A stretch of 63,479 bases of DNA, counting the filler, from Reclinomonas americana ATCC 50394 (taxonomy: Eukaryota), in NCBI GenBank assembly GCA_048213135.1. It is 8 parts of 5 records of this genome, joined end to end, with 100 filler letters (N's around TTAATTAATTAA, not from the genome) between each part and the next. Parts side by side here need not be neighbours in the genome. Positions count along the whole stretch, not along the records: positions 31,821 to 42,949 come from PS015096.1; positions 43,050 to 52,577 come from PS015097.1; 6 more parts are not named here. One strand, given 5' to 3'. This document shows, piece after piece, positions 35,570 through 46,536 of the stretch (positions are counted from its first letter, which is position 1; every line of letters starts with the position of its first letter). The notes below the pieces were generated by a model. The model had not been told where the DNA came from. It saw nothing but the letters and a program-made list of their open reading frames with translations, and made no database searches. The translations under genes and the position numbers were made by a program.

Positions 35570-35631
35570 TGTGTGACGAGTGATTGATTGCCGGACGCAC
35601 AGGACCGTTTCTTGTTTCGTTGTGGTGTCGG

Positions 35632-38600
35632 ATGAGCAGCGACGATCGTGTGCGTCGACTGACGCACAGCGTCGAGCGGTTGAACACGCAAGTCAAGTCG
35701 GTGCGCGCGGATGGAGCCAAATGCCGCCACTTGGTCGAGAGAGCGGTGCTGATCATTGAATCAGTGCAAGGTTCTTGTGCCGATGTCATGCTCTTTCTCT
35801 GTCTTTGTCTCTGATCCTCACCGCATAGATCTTGAGGAGCGTGGCCTTCTGGATGTACCGTTGCTGGGCGTGGTGGATCGCGTTGGCGAGTGCGTGCGAC
35901 ACATTGAGATGATCCTCGAGCATCATGGCGCTGCATCGCCGCTGGTGAGTGCATCGTGGGTGTGGCTGCGACGGCTGCTGCGACGGAGAGGTCAGTTGGC
36001 AGCGACTCTGGGGCACTGTGATGTGGCGACGGTCTCGGCGCAGCTGGAGGCGTGTCAGGAGCGACTGGGATTGTGCTTGCGGAGCGAGTTTCGGTGGGAG
36101 CGTGACGTGAGGGACGAGAGTTGAGGCAGTTGTCTCTCTCGTGTGTGTGTGCGTGTGTGGTGTGCTTGGTTTGCGCTGCGGGCTCATCTGTCTGTGTGTG
36201 TGATGAGACAGCGACCGATCGGGCGGCATTGGCGTTGGTGCTGAAGCAGCTGGCGTCGGAGGTGTCGCACGATGCGGAGCATGTGCAGGTCATGATGGAG
36301 GCGTGCGGTGTGGCCTCGGCGTCCGAGATGCAGGCGCAACTCGAGACCACTGCTGTGCTGCTGGAGCAGCCGTATCTGGGTGCGTGGCGGTCGACTTGTC
36401 AGGCGAATGGGGGGTCTTTGCGATCTTATTCTCTGCGTGTAGATCACGTGGTGGCACTCGAGGTGCGAGTGCGAATGCTCCGCGCTCGCTTTGGAATCGG
36501 CTATGAGGAGGCGAGCTGCAATCTGGAGTTGGTGCTACGCGCACTGGCCACTGTTTACCTGAATCGTGCAGCTGCGCTCAAGCTGGCCACTTTCACGGCC
36601 GAGGTATACACCTCATTCGTGTGCTGTCACCAGTGTGTCGCAGACTCACACGTTCCGCCATTGGCAGCTGGAGACGGCCGTGGCGCGCATCGAAGAGCTC
36701 GTGGAGTCACAGGAGACTGCGACAGGGGATGCCGTGATGCACGCCACCGTGCAGCTCCTCGGCGCACTCGATCGAGGTGCGCTCGCGCAGCAGATCGCGA
36801 ACTCTCTGCTGATTGTCGCGCTCACTGGCGTCCGCGTAGAAACCTCGCTCCCCCACTTCCGGTACGTACGCAACTCGGAAGTCGAGAGTGCGGCGCCAGT
36901 AGACCTCTTTGTGCCGGAGCTACTGGCTGGCACCTGCAGTGGCTTTCCGGTGGCACTTCGACGATTCGGCACACTGACAGAGCTGGCTGCGGGGTGCGTG
37001 CATTCCATTTGTTGCTGCTGGCGGTGCACGGCCGACTCAAGCTTGCGTGTCACAGGCACTTGTACGACGAAGCTCGTCGACTGTCGGCTCTCACTCACCC
37101 GAATCTGGCACCCTGCTATGCTGTGTGCGACGAGGCCGCGCACGCGTGCACAGTGCTGGAGATGCTGCCCGACGGGGTACGTGTGCATGCATGCATGTAC
37201 GCAGCTCAGTTGTTCACTCATCGATGTGTGGTCGTCCACAGACACTGTTCAGCCTTCTCCATTCGAGTGAGGGTGGCCTCACGGAGAGTGAAACTCTGGC
37301 CTTGGCACGAGGTGTGTCGACAGCGCACTCACGCCGCAATCTGCGATCGTTTAGTGATAACTGTGACTGCTGACTCGCGCGCTGGCAGATGTGGCATGCG
37401 GCCTGGCCTTCCTGCATAGCCATCGTGTGATTCACGGTTCGCTGTCATCGAAAACCATTCTTGTCGCCGACAATCGACAACTCAAGTGGCGTACTGATTG
37501 CTTCGTTGTGTGTGCGCCTGTCCTCCGTCGTCGCGCTCACCACTGTGCTTCGGTAGGCTCTTTGATTACGGGATGCCGATACCAAAGAGGTTGGTTCCGC
37601 GTGCCTCATTCATGGAGTGCTCACTTGTTGATCCCATGCTCGCGCGCGCACACAGTGAGGCAGCCAGCTGGTCTCGCTCGTTTACTTCTTCGTCGTACTC
37701 CACTGCGAGCACCCTGATCGCCGGTGACGTGCTATGGTTGGCCCCTGAGTTGCTGGAGGCCACACCAGAGTTGACAGCCGCCGCTGACGTTTACGCATTT
37801 GGTGTGTGATTGCGGAGTGTGTCGGCACTGTCAGACATTTTGCTCACCGACACCGAAGGCATGATTCTACTGGAAATGATCACTGGCAAGGTACGCTCCA
37901 GAGACGCCTACCGCTCACCATCGGCATTTGCATTCACTCCCCCCGTCCTCCAACGCAGGTTCCCTTTGTTGGCTGTCGAGACCCCGAAGTAGTGATTGCA
38001 GCTGTGCGACGAGGAGATCGACCGGCCATCCCCGCTGACTGCAGCCCGTGCGTTGTATGATTCTTGCGCTGGGGTATTGACTTCATTGCTTACCACATTG
38101 TTGTGGTGGCAGTGAGGTGCGGGCCATCGTCGAAGCATGTTGGCAACACGATGCACGACTGCGGCCTCCCATGGCGTCCGTGTTGCGTTCAGTGGATACA
38201 CTACTGGAGGAGCGAGTTGCGTCATTCGTACATTCGCCATGCACCTGCCGAAACTGACCTGTGGAAATAAACATCAACAGCTGGGTGGGCCGGTGGGCCT
38301 GCGCCGCCTGCCAGACTATGTGGAGCCAGAGGAGGTCACCGATGCGCCTCCTGCTGCAAGTTCCGCACAAGGTCGGTCTCCGTGCGGTGATTCTCCGTGA
38401 CTACTGTCGTCAACTGAGGTGTCATGCTGTGCGCAGATTACTCGTTCCCCTCGTACGGTGCCGGCCTGTTGGAACTCAAGGCTGCGGTGCGTTCGGCCGA
38501 CTACGACCGAATCGAGCAAGTGATCACTGCTCTGTCGGCAGTATCTCTTCCCGTGGGTGCGTCTCTCGTCCTCTCTCTCACACACTGCACAATTCACTTT

Positions 38601-41386
38601 CCCTTTCTCGTGCTCAACATCGCAACAACGCAGTGAACCCCGAGGATGTTCTCGAGCAGTCCATCATGAGCCTCGGCACCCAACCATACTCGGAACTCAT
38701 TCGCACTCTGGTGTACACATTCGAGCGACCAGTGTCGCGCATGGGCCACTTGCCGTGGCTGATGACAAGCCTCTTGCGTCGGCGCATCGCCACTGGTGTG
38801 TCTCCCTCTTCTTAATCCTCATGTTTGTCAGTCGCTGACACCTGGGTCGCAGAACATGCACTCATGGTGTCGCCACCGGAATGGGACCTGCTATTCGAAA
38901 CGCTGGCCACCGCCGCTGGCGTCCCCAATCCCGTACCGCACGGCAGCGATTCCGCCATGGACGTGGCCGGGTGGGCCATGCACACGTGGACTGGCCTGTG
39001 TTGTGCAGGTCTGTTTCACTAATGTGCGGATGCACGTGCTTGCGCGCTCAATGTTCTTTGGTGGCCAGCACAAAACGTGGCACACCAACCGCACCTGTAC
39101 GGCCGCATTGTCGACAGTGTACGCCGTTTCGCTCCGCTTCTGCTTTCATCAGTGGCGCCGCTGCTCGCTGCCGCTGTCGACGGTGACGAACATCACCTCC
39201 ACCACGATGACGGCGACGACGGAGACGTTGATTGTGACACGGTGCACCCGGAAATGTGGCGAACCTTTATCTGGCCGCTGATGGGCTTGCGCATCACGTG
39301 CTGCGGTGAGCGGTCGCGCTGAGGTGCAGCTGGTCGCTGCCTCTCACTAACATGTATTATTTTCTTCGCAGTTGCTGCTGGTGCGTCTCGTACCGAGGCT
39401 GCGGCCACCGACGACATGGACCGAGTGGGCGACGCCGATGCAGCATCGTTCTCGCGTCTGCTGGTCTCATCGTTTGTCACCGAGCATCGCCTGCTCTCTG
39501 GTATCATCCATCGAGTGCTCCACCTGTGGCATCACGCGACCAAGTCGCAGCCGACCAATTCCAACGAGCTGGCCGGTGTGGCACACCTCATTCACCTTTT
39601 GTGCTGGGTGTGTCGCGAGTTTTCCATGACCACCATCGGTGAGTCGTGCCGTCGGCCGCCAATCGTTACATCATTCCTTTGTCTCATCGCCCACACTGCA
39701 GAGACGGCTCGTGCTCATGCACTGATGCTGGCCAACTATGGCGCGCTGGAGCTTGTTCGTGCCACGTTCGGGACCGGCAAGCACGCACACACCCGTTTGA
39801 CACCGAGTACAGTGGCGGACCGCGCCCTGTGCGCGCATCCGCAGTCGTTTGTACCACTGGATGAAAGCATGCAGTATGCGGTGGACTTGTTGTACACGCT
39901 CACTGCCTGTTGCGTCGTCGTCGTCAATCGTCGCGAAAACATGGCATAAAGTCGCACTGACGAGCATTACTTGTGCAGGGGAGCCACCGCTGCGACGAGT
40001 GTTTGTAAACGACGGTGGCTACGATGTCGTGCGCGATCTCCTCCGCTTCCTCGACGACAACGAGTTGATGAGCACAGCAAACGCCGAGTTTGCGGTGACC
40101 ACACGACTCGGGCAGTGGTTGCGCGATTGCGCCATGGTGACGCGGTGGATACACGACGCCGATATCACGCCGGTGACCAGCAAAGACAGTTGCGTTGAAT
40201 TGTGCGCCCTCGCATGAACTGCGTGATGTTCACAGTGCGTCGCATCGCAGTCGACGAACGCAGTCAGGAGATGTTCATGGCCAGTGGCCTGATGCAGGCC
40301 GTCATTATCATGTGCCAGAATCAGCGACGTGCAGCCAAGGTGGCCGCAGCCAAGATCGACGTCTTCTCTGCCGGACTGTGTGTGGCGCTACTTGGTTCCG
40401 TGCCGTCATCCTTGCTTGACTTTGGTGCATGGTCTCTCACAACAGTCACACAGACAATGTCGCCAACTGTGCGGCCTTTGTGGATTTCGGTGGACTGGTG
40501 CTCGTGACCGACCTGTTGCAGTATGGCGCCGATCGCCTGGAGTGGCGACACGTCCGCCATGCTGCGGCGCTTGTGCACGAAGTGATTCGTTCAGGTACAC
40601 TGGGGGGAGTCGCCCTCCGGATGCTGGTAGTGCGGCGGTGACTCACCTGTGTGCATGTGTGTGATGCAGCGTCGCCCGAGTTGGCTGCCAACGCTGCCGA
40701 TCGTCTGCTGGATGCCGGTGTGGCAGTCAGCCTGAATACGATTCTGGGTTTTGCACTGGAAACTGAACCGGTGCCAGCGGCTGACCTGCCGCACTTGTGT
40801 TCCGTGCTGCAGGCGCTCGGCGTGCTGTTCACGCGCGCACGACCACGCACCGGTACAGTCATGCTCCTCCTCTTCACTCCTCCTGCATCCGTGGTGCCTC
40901 ACAGTGTTCTTGCTTGCAGTGCGTGCACACATTTCCATCTTCGCTCGAGCGCGGGGCACCTGCTGGGCGTGGAAGGCACTGTCGGCGGCACGTGCCGCAC
41001 AGCATGCACAATTGGAGGTCGCCGCAAACGCCATTGGACAGTTCTTCGCCAGAAAGCCGCCACTGCGAGGCGACGGCCCTGCACCACACTGGGAACCAGA
41101 CTCGACACGCTCCGAGTGTGCCAGATGTCGCCGCAACTTCACCGCATTCACTCGCCGGGTACGCAAAAACACTGAGAAGAAATCGGAAAAACTGCATTCG
41201 GCACTTGTCTCATCGTGTTTTTTCCTCCAGCATCATTGCCGGTGTTGCGGTCGAGTCATGTGTGGCGCATGTACGCCACATCGGCAGCGCTGTCCGCACT
41301 TTGCCTGGGGCCTCGGACCGACTCGGGCACTGCGAGTGTGTGTCGAGTGCCATGATCCGAGCAGTTTTGTGTCCGATAGAATGTAA
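35632..41386 (+). CDS. MLKL-like four-helix bundle + TKL-type pseudokinase + helical (ARM-like) region + C-terminal FYVE zinc finger
   Basis: N-terminus KCRHLVERAVLIIESVQDLEERG...VVDRVGECVRHIEMILE...WLRRLL...VSAQLEACQERLGLCL. Kinase fold VALRR, DEARRLSALTHPNL, IHGSLSSKTILV, LFDYG, WLAPE, DVYAFG. FYVE WEPD...CARC...FTRRHHCRCCGRVMC...RVCVEC. All exons are on + with compatible splice phases where checked. Confidence 0.75.
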
Positions 41387-41673
41387 AATTTCCGGCGCCC
41401 AACGGTCGGCACGCTTTGTTTTCAAGCATTCTGTGAGAGAAGAGACACGCACTTCCTTCCTGCTCTCTCCTCCCCCTCCCCCCCTCCCTCCCCCACCGCA
41501 CACACACCCACCACACACACACGTCGACGACGTCCGTCCGTGGTTTGTCGCGCTTGCTCGTCACTCACATGTTTCCTTTATTTTGCGCGCATCGCTGACT
41601 TGATCGCATGCCACAGTCCAATCAACACCACCACCACCACCACTCTCACCTCCACTAACTAACCATCAGCACC

Positions 41674-43097
41674 ATGGCCACTCGGGTACGTTGCATCTCT
41701 CGCATCTCTCGCATATTTTCCTTTCTGCATGTTCCTCTGTTCGTCAACACGCGCTCTGTTCGCACTTCTTGCACTCCTCTGCTCGTGCTCGTGCACGGAA
41801 TATCACCGCGCAAGTGAGACGGAGACGGGGGAGGAAAGAGGGAAGAGAGAGGCGCGAGGAACGCGTCGGAACGAGTGCCACACTCGGAAAGAGAGTCATC
41901 ACAGGCACGCGCCAGACAGTTGTCGAACATACCGCCGGTTGCATCAGCGTCTCTTGTCTCTCTCTCTCTCTGCTCTCCTTTGCTTGCTTCCCTATCCTTA
42001 GCGAGCGTACACGCACACCTGTTGTCGCCTTGCCGGATGTCGTCGACTCATGTATATTTTGATTGTTTGTTTGAACAGCAGCAACAATTCAGCACCCGTT
42101 CTTTCGGCGTGGCGACAAGCGGCGTTGACGCGGAGAATGCACGCGCCACTTTTCTCCCCAACAAACCGCCCCCCACTGCCTTCTCTACCAACACTCTGAC
42201 GGCCAACGCTGTGCCGACGACGGCACGCAGCGCCTTCTCCGATCTGTCCAACACTGCCGGTGCTGGTCTTCGTTCGGCCGCACCCACCCTCGCCACTGCT
42301 GTGCCCGCCGCTGGAGTGGTGCGTCGTCGCCACACAAAACTATGATTCAGCTTGCCGACCATGCTAATCTTCTTGCATGCAGGCTCGTCGCCCTGCGGCC
42401 ATCTCGTCCACGGCCACTGTCGGCGCCGCCAATCGCCTGATCTCCAACTCGGGAGTTCCCACGGCCGTTGCCGCCGCTCCAAGCAGCATGTTCAGTTGCG
42501 TACACTGTGGCATCTCTCTCCACTACCTCGTGGGAAACCTCGAAACTCACTGTTGCTTCCCATTCATTCATTGCACAGACGTTGCTTCTGCTGCTGCTGC
42601 TCCGCGTTCGTCTCACGAGGTCATCTCGATTGCTGGCGAGACCAACATGTCGCCGCGCATGGACCGCGCTGTGCGCCACAACCCACAGAACGTCCCCGAT
42701 CTGGCCAACGACATTTGCAACTTCTGGAAGTCAATCGAGTGCAAGAAGCTGCCGTCGGCCGACTACATGTCGCGCCAGACCGAGATCAACGAGAAGATGC
42801 GCGGCATCCTCATCGACTGGCTCGTCGAGGTGCACTACAAGTTCAAGCTCCGCGAGGAGACCCTCTTCCTCACGGTGAGTCACTCACAACAAACACGAAT
42901 CGCTCGCCTTCGTTATTCCTTCTTTTGGTCCTCACCCACGACAACAATTNNNNNNNNNNNNNNNNNNNNNNNNNNNNNNNNNNNNNNNNNNNNTTAATTA
43001 ATTAANNNNNNNNNNNNNNNNNNNNNNNNNNNNNNNNNNNNNNNNNNNNGCCAACTCGGTGGCCCTCGTGACGACTCGCGTCACCGTGGATCTTTGA
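41674..43097 (+). CDS. Cyclin B (N-terminus through cyclin box at 41674-42874; tail at 43050-43097; core missing in the spacer)
   Basis: accATGG start MATR|QQ, D-box-like RSAFSDLSN, YMSRQTEINEKMRGILIDWLVEVHYKFKLREETLFLT, tail ANSVALVTTRVTVDL*. Confidence 0.88.
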
Positions 43098-43188
43098 GAC
43101 GCACACCGGGCGGAGGCAGGGGGAATCGATTTTGACTTCAAGCTTTCCCTTGCATAAACAAGCCCAACGATGCGTGTACTGTTGTTGT

Positions 43189-46100
43189 TCATGTTGCTCG
43201 GGACGGCCACCTGCTTGCTGCTTGTCGCAGTCGCCATTGCACGCTGACGTGCACAGCACTGATGAGAGCGTTCCATCGAGCATACACACGTCGTTGCAAC
43301 TGATCCAGCTTGTCGGGTGTCAGCGAAGACACGGTGCGCAAGGCCGCCGGCAAGTCGTCGACGACTGAGACCACGGGCAGCCATGTTACTCCGGCAAACA
43401 GCTCATTCACCGCGTGCATGCCTGTCGCGCTGCCGGCGGGCGCAAAGAGTAGCGGCACACAGCCAGCCTCCAAGGCCTCCCACAGTACGTACGGCTCGGT
43501 GGCCACATCGACAATCACGACGGCACTCTCGCTCAGTCGTCGTGTATACATGGCCTTCCATGCTTCGCGCGACAGCGCGAGCTGTGAGTGCAAGACGCGA
43601 CCACGCACACGCAAATCGCCGTTCTCCACCGCATCCATGAGCTCCTGCAGAGCCAGTGCCGCAGAATGCAACACGCCGTTCTCGTCGGTGGCCGATGACA
43701 CGAGGAGCCACAAGAACCGACGATGCGACAGCGGTTTGAAAGCCAGCGGGGTCTGCGACGAACTCAAAAGCCGATTGCCGGGCATCCAAGGCACCCAGGA
43801 TACCTGCGACGACAGACATAAATTGCAAGGGGGTAGAAGGGAGGGACCAAAAAAAAAATGCACACCGTCATGCGTCCGTGCGCCGACAAGTCCTCCTGCA
43901 GTGAGACCGTGACGGAATGCGAGGCCGGCACCGTCTCTGCCGGTGCCGTCTGCAAGAATGACTGTAGGTAGCCGACAGATGTGGCGGAAGGTGGCAGGTC
44001 GGTGGCGATCATCGTCCAGCCAAAATCAAAGGCGTACTGCCGTGCGCCGATTTCATCGTTGCCCACGAAAACAACCAGCAGAGTTCTGTGCCCGTTGCGT
44101 CAGTCACCGCCAAGTGCATGCCTTCCAACAAAGAACGCGTGTACGCGCCTGGCGAGTGCCGTGTCCAAGTCGATGCTGAGGGCGGCGAACCACGCCAGAG
44201 TCGACGAGGCGACCAATATCGACGCCGGCGGAATCAGCGGCGCCACCGAGCAGCGACAGTGCGACATGCGATGAATGCTGTCGCAGTATGTGAGAGCGCG
44301 CTCGTCGGTTAGGTTGCTGGTTGCAATTGGCAGCGCACTCACCGAATGTGGCAGTCGACGTGACGGAGGAGCACACGGTACAGCCACTCGTCGGATACGT
44401 CGTCCACCAGCACAAACACGTGCGTGATGCACGGGCACACATCAGTGTCGCTGAGCAATAGACAGCGGGCCTCACGGACGCCACGCTCCACACGATCTGC
44501 GTGGCACTCGGAGCCGCACTTGTCCAGTGCGATGGTCAGTGGTTGCGGAAGCGACCAGGACGATACCGCCGACTGCGCAGATGGAGCGAGACTCCACGGT
44601 GGCACTTGCATGTCTTTCACCGCTGCATTCTTTGGCGACCAGTTGTGCGTGTGCCGACCGACGGCAAGTGTCATTTGCTGGCGAAAGTGGTCTTTCAGGC
44701 GCTGGAAAAGGGCGGTCAGTGATCGTGAGGAAGGAACACATTTTTGGCGTGATTCGACGCACCAACCACGCCACACGCAAGCCCCGTTGACGACTGTCGA
44801 GTTGCTCGGGATCGGAGGCCAGACGACGAATGACATCGGGAAACTCCGACCAGCTCTGCACGACAATCAAGTGTGGAGCCAGCAACTCGAGGTGTGGCTG
44901 CAGTGCTGGATGCACTTTCACGACGGGAATGCACGCTGCCTCCAAGCACTCCCACAATCGATGTGTGTCGGCGCCGCGCATGTCGGCCACCGCAGGAACC
45001 ACCGCCGACTCGGCCACCAGCCGGCTGTACAACTCGCCATCCAACAGATCGGTGTTAATCGACGACGTGTGCACCGTGCCAAGTGCCAGTACATCGCTGT
45101 TGACTGTCTCCTGCAACAAGGAAAGCAGCATTCCGCGCTCGCTGGTCGCACTCTGTATGCACCAGGCATGAGAGAACCGCAGCTGCAGGGTCAGGCCGGC
45201 AGGCAGACGAACGCACGCACGCACATCCATCACTCCCGCAAAGCTCCACAGAAGCGGGCGCTGACTGGCCGGTGCGAGAAAGCGTCGGCTGCGGTGTGCT
45301 CTGAGCAGTACCGACGAGAATCCCAGCGGTAGCCACCAAGCCTGTGCGATCGCAGTCAGCTGCAGCGCCGAGGCGGGTGAGTGACACGGAAAAAGGCGCA
45401 TACGTACATTCGGCACCGCCTCGACACGATCGGCGGGCGCGGGTTCCAGATTCAAGCTCCTGTCTGGCTGTGAAGTCGACGACAAGAGCGTGCCCAGCGA
45501 CAGTCGCCCCTCGGTCTCCCATCGACTCGAGAACACCGCCGAGAAGGAGCGAGCGTAGGAAACCAAATCGTTGCCTTCGTCGCCGACCAATACCACCGTC
45601 AGAGTTCTGCTCCTGCACTGTCAGGCCTCCCCGCATGCATTCAACGAACGCGCGCGCACAGTCACTCACCGTACAAGCGACGACAGCCGCGTGGCCAGCG
45701 ATTTCAGTTGCGCCACTTGCGATCGCTGCGCCAGCAGCACCGCGCCCGGACGCAGCCACTCGACTGGAAACACGCACGATGCCTCATCGACCACGTGCAC
45801 GCTGCAAGCAACGACGAGTGAGTGGGCCCGACGTACGTATACACTGCAGCCGTGGGTGGAGTCGACGCACCGCAGCTCACAGCCGACACGCGAGAGAAGC
45901 TCGGTGATCCACGCCGACAGGCGCACATCAATGACAAACACGTGCGTGAAGCAGCCGCAATCGGGAGCGGCCACAGGCGATGCAAAGCAGCGAGTGGCCG
46001 ACACGCCGACATTCACCGGCAGCGTGCAGTCGGCCTCACGGTCTCCGACTGGGGGCGCAAAGAGCTGATGATCCGCATGGATTGCATGTCGATCTTGTCT

Positions 46101-46394
46101 GCGCGCGTAATCGTCAGTGGCGCTTCCTCCTTCAGGTGGCAAGTCGCGTGGCCACCACTGACGATAGGTCACGGTGGATGTGGTTGTCGTGCGTCGCGGG
46201 GTCGAGGGAATGCTGAGCACACGGCCGTCACGGTGTGTGACAGCGCTGGTGACCGGTTCTTGCGACGTATTCCACAGCAGTGGTGCGACAAGGAGCAGGA
46301 GCAAGACGAGGAACACACAGAGTGGCACTCCCACTGCTGCGGACGGCACGGCACGGCGAACATGTGCAGCACATCGCCTCGACTTTTCCAGCAT
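43189..46394 (-). CDS. Type II membrane glycosyltransferase-like protein with two tandem RXYLT1/exostosin (GT47)-like domains
   Basis: N-terminal TM (VPLCVFLVLLLLLVAPLLW). Repeat 1 WLPLG...RPLLWSFAG...HRLWECLEAACIPVV...VQSWSEFP. Repeat 2 WVPW...RRFLW...VLWEALEAGCVPLL...QLQRRVYARW. Confidence 0.65.
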
Positions 46395-46536
46395 TCAAGT
46401 GAGGACGGTGGGGGACAGACGCATGACAAGTTTCTTTCTCGAGTTCACTGTTGGTGGCGTACGCGCTGCACCACACCGCCGAGCAAGCGTCGAGGAGCCA
46501 CTTGTCATCCCACATCACAGCAGCCCGTGCGACCAA

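Noticed and set aside
22513-41386. IST1 (ESCRT-III) and the MLKL-like gene as a functional cluster
   Set aside because: ESCRT-III counteracts MLKL in animals, but these genes are ~9 kb apart on different scaffolds with unrelated genes between. Nothing supports a link.
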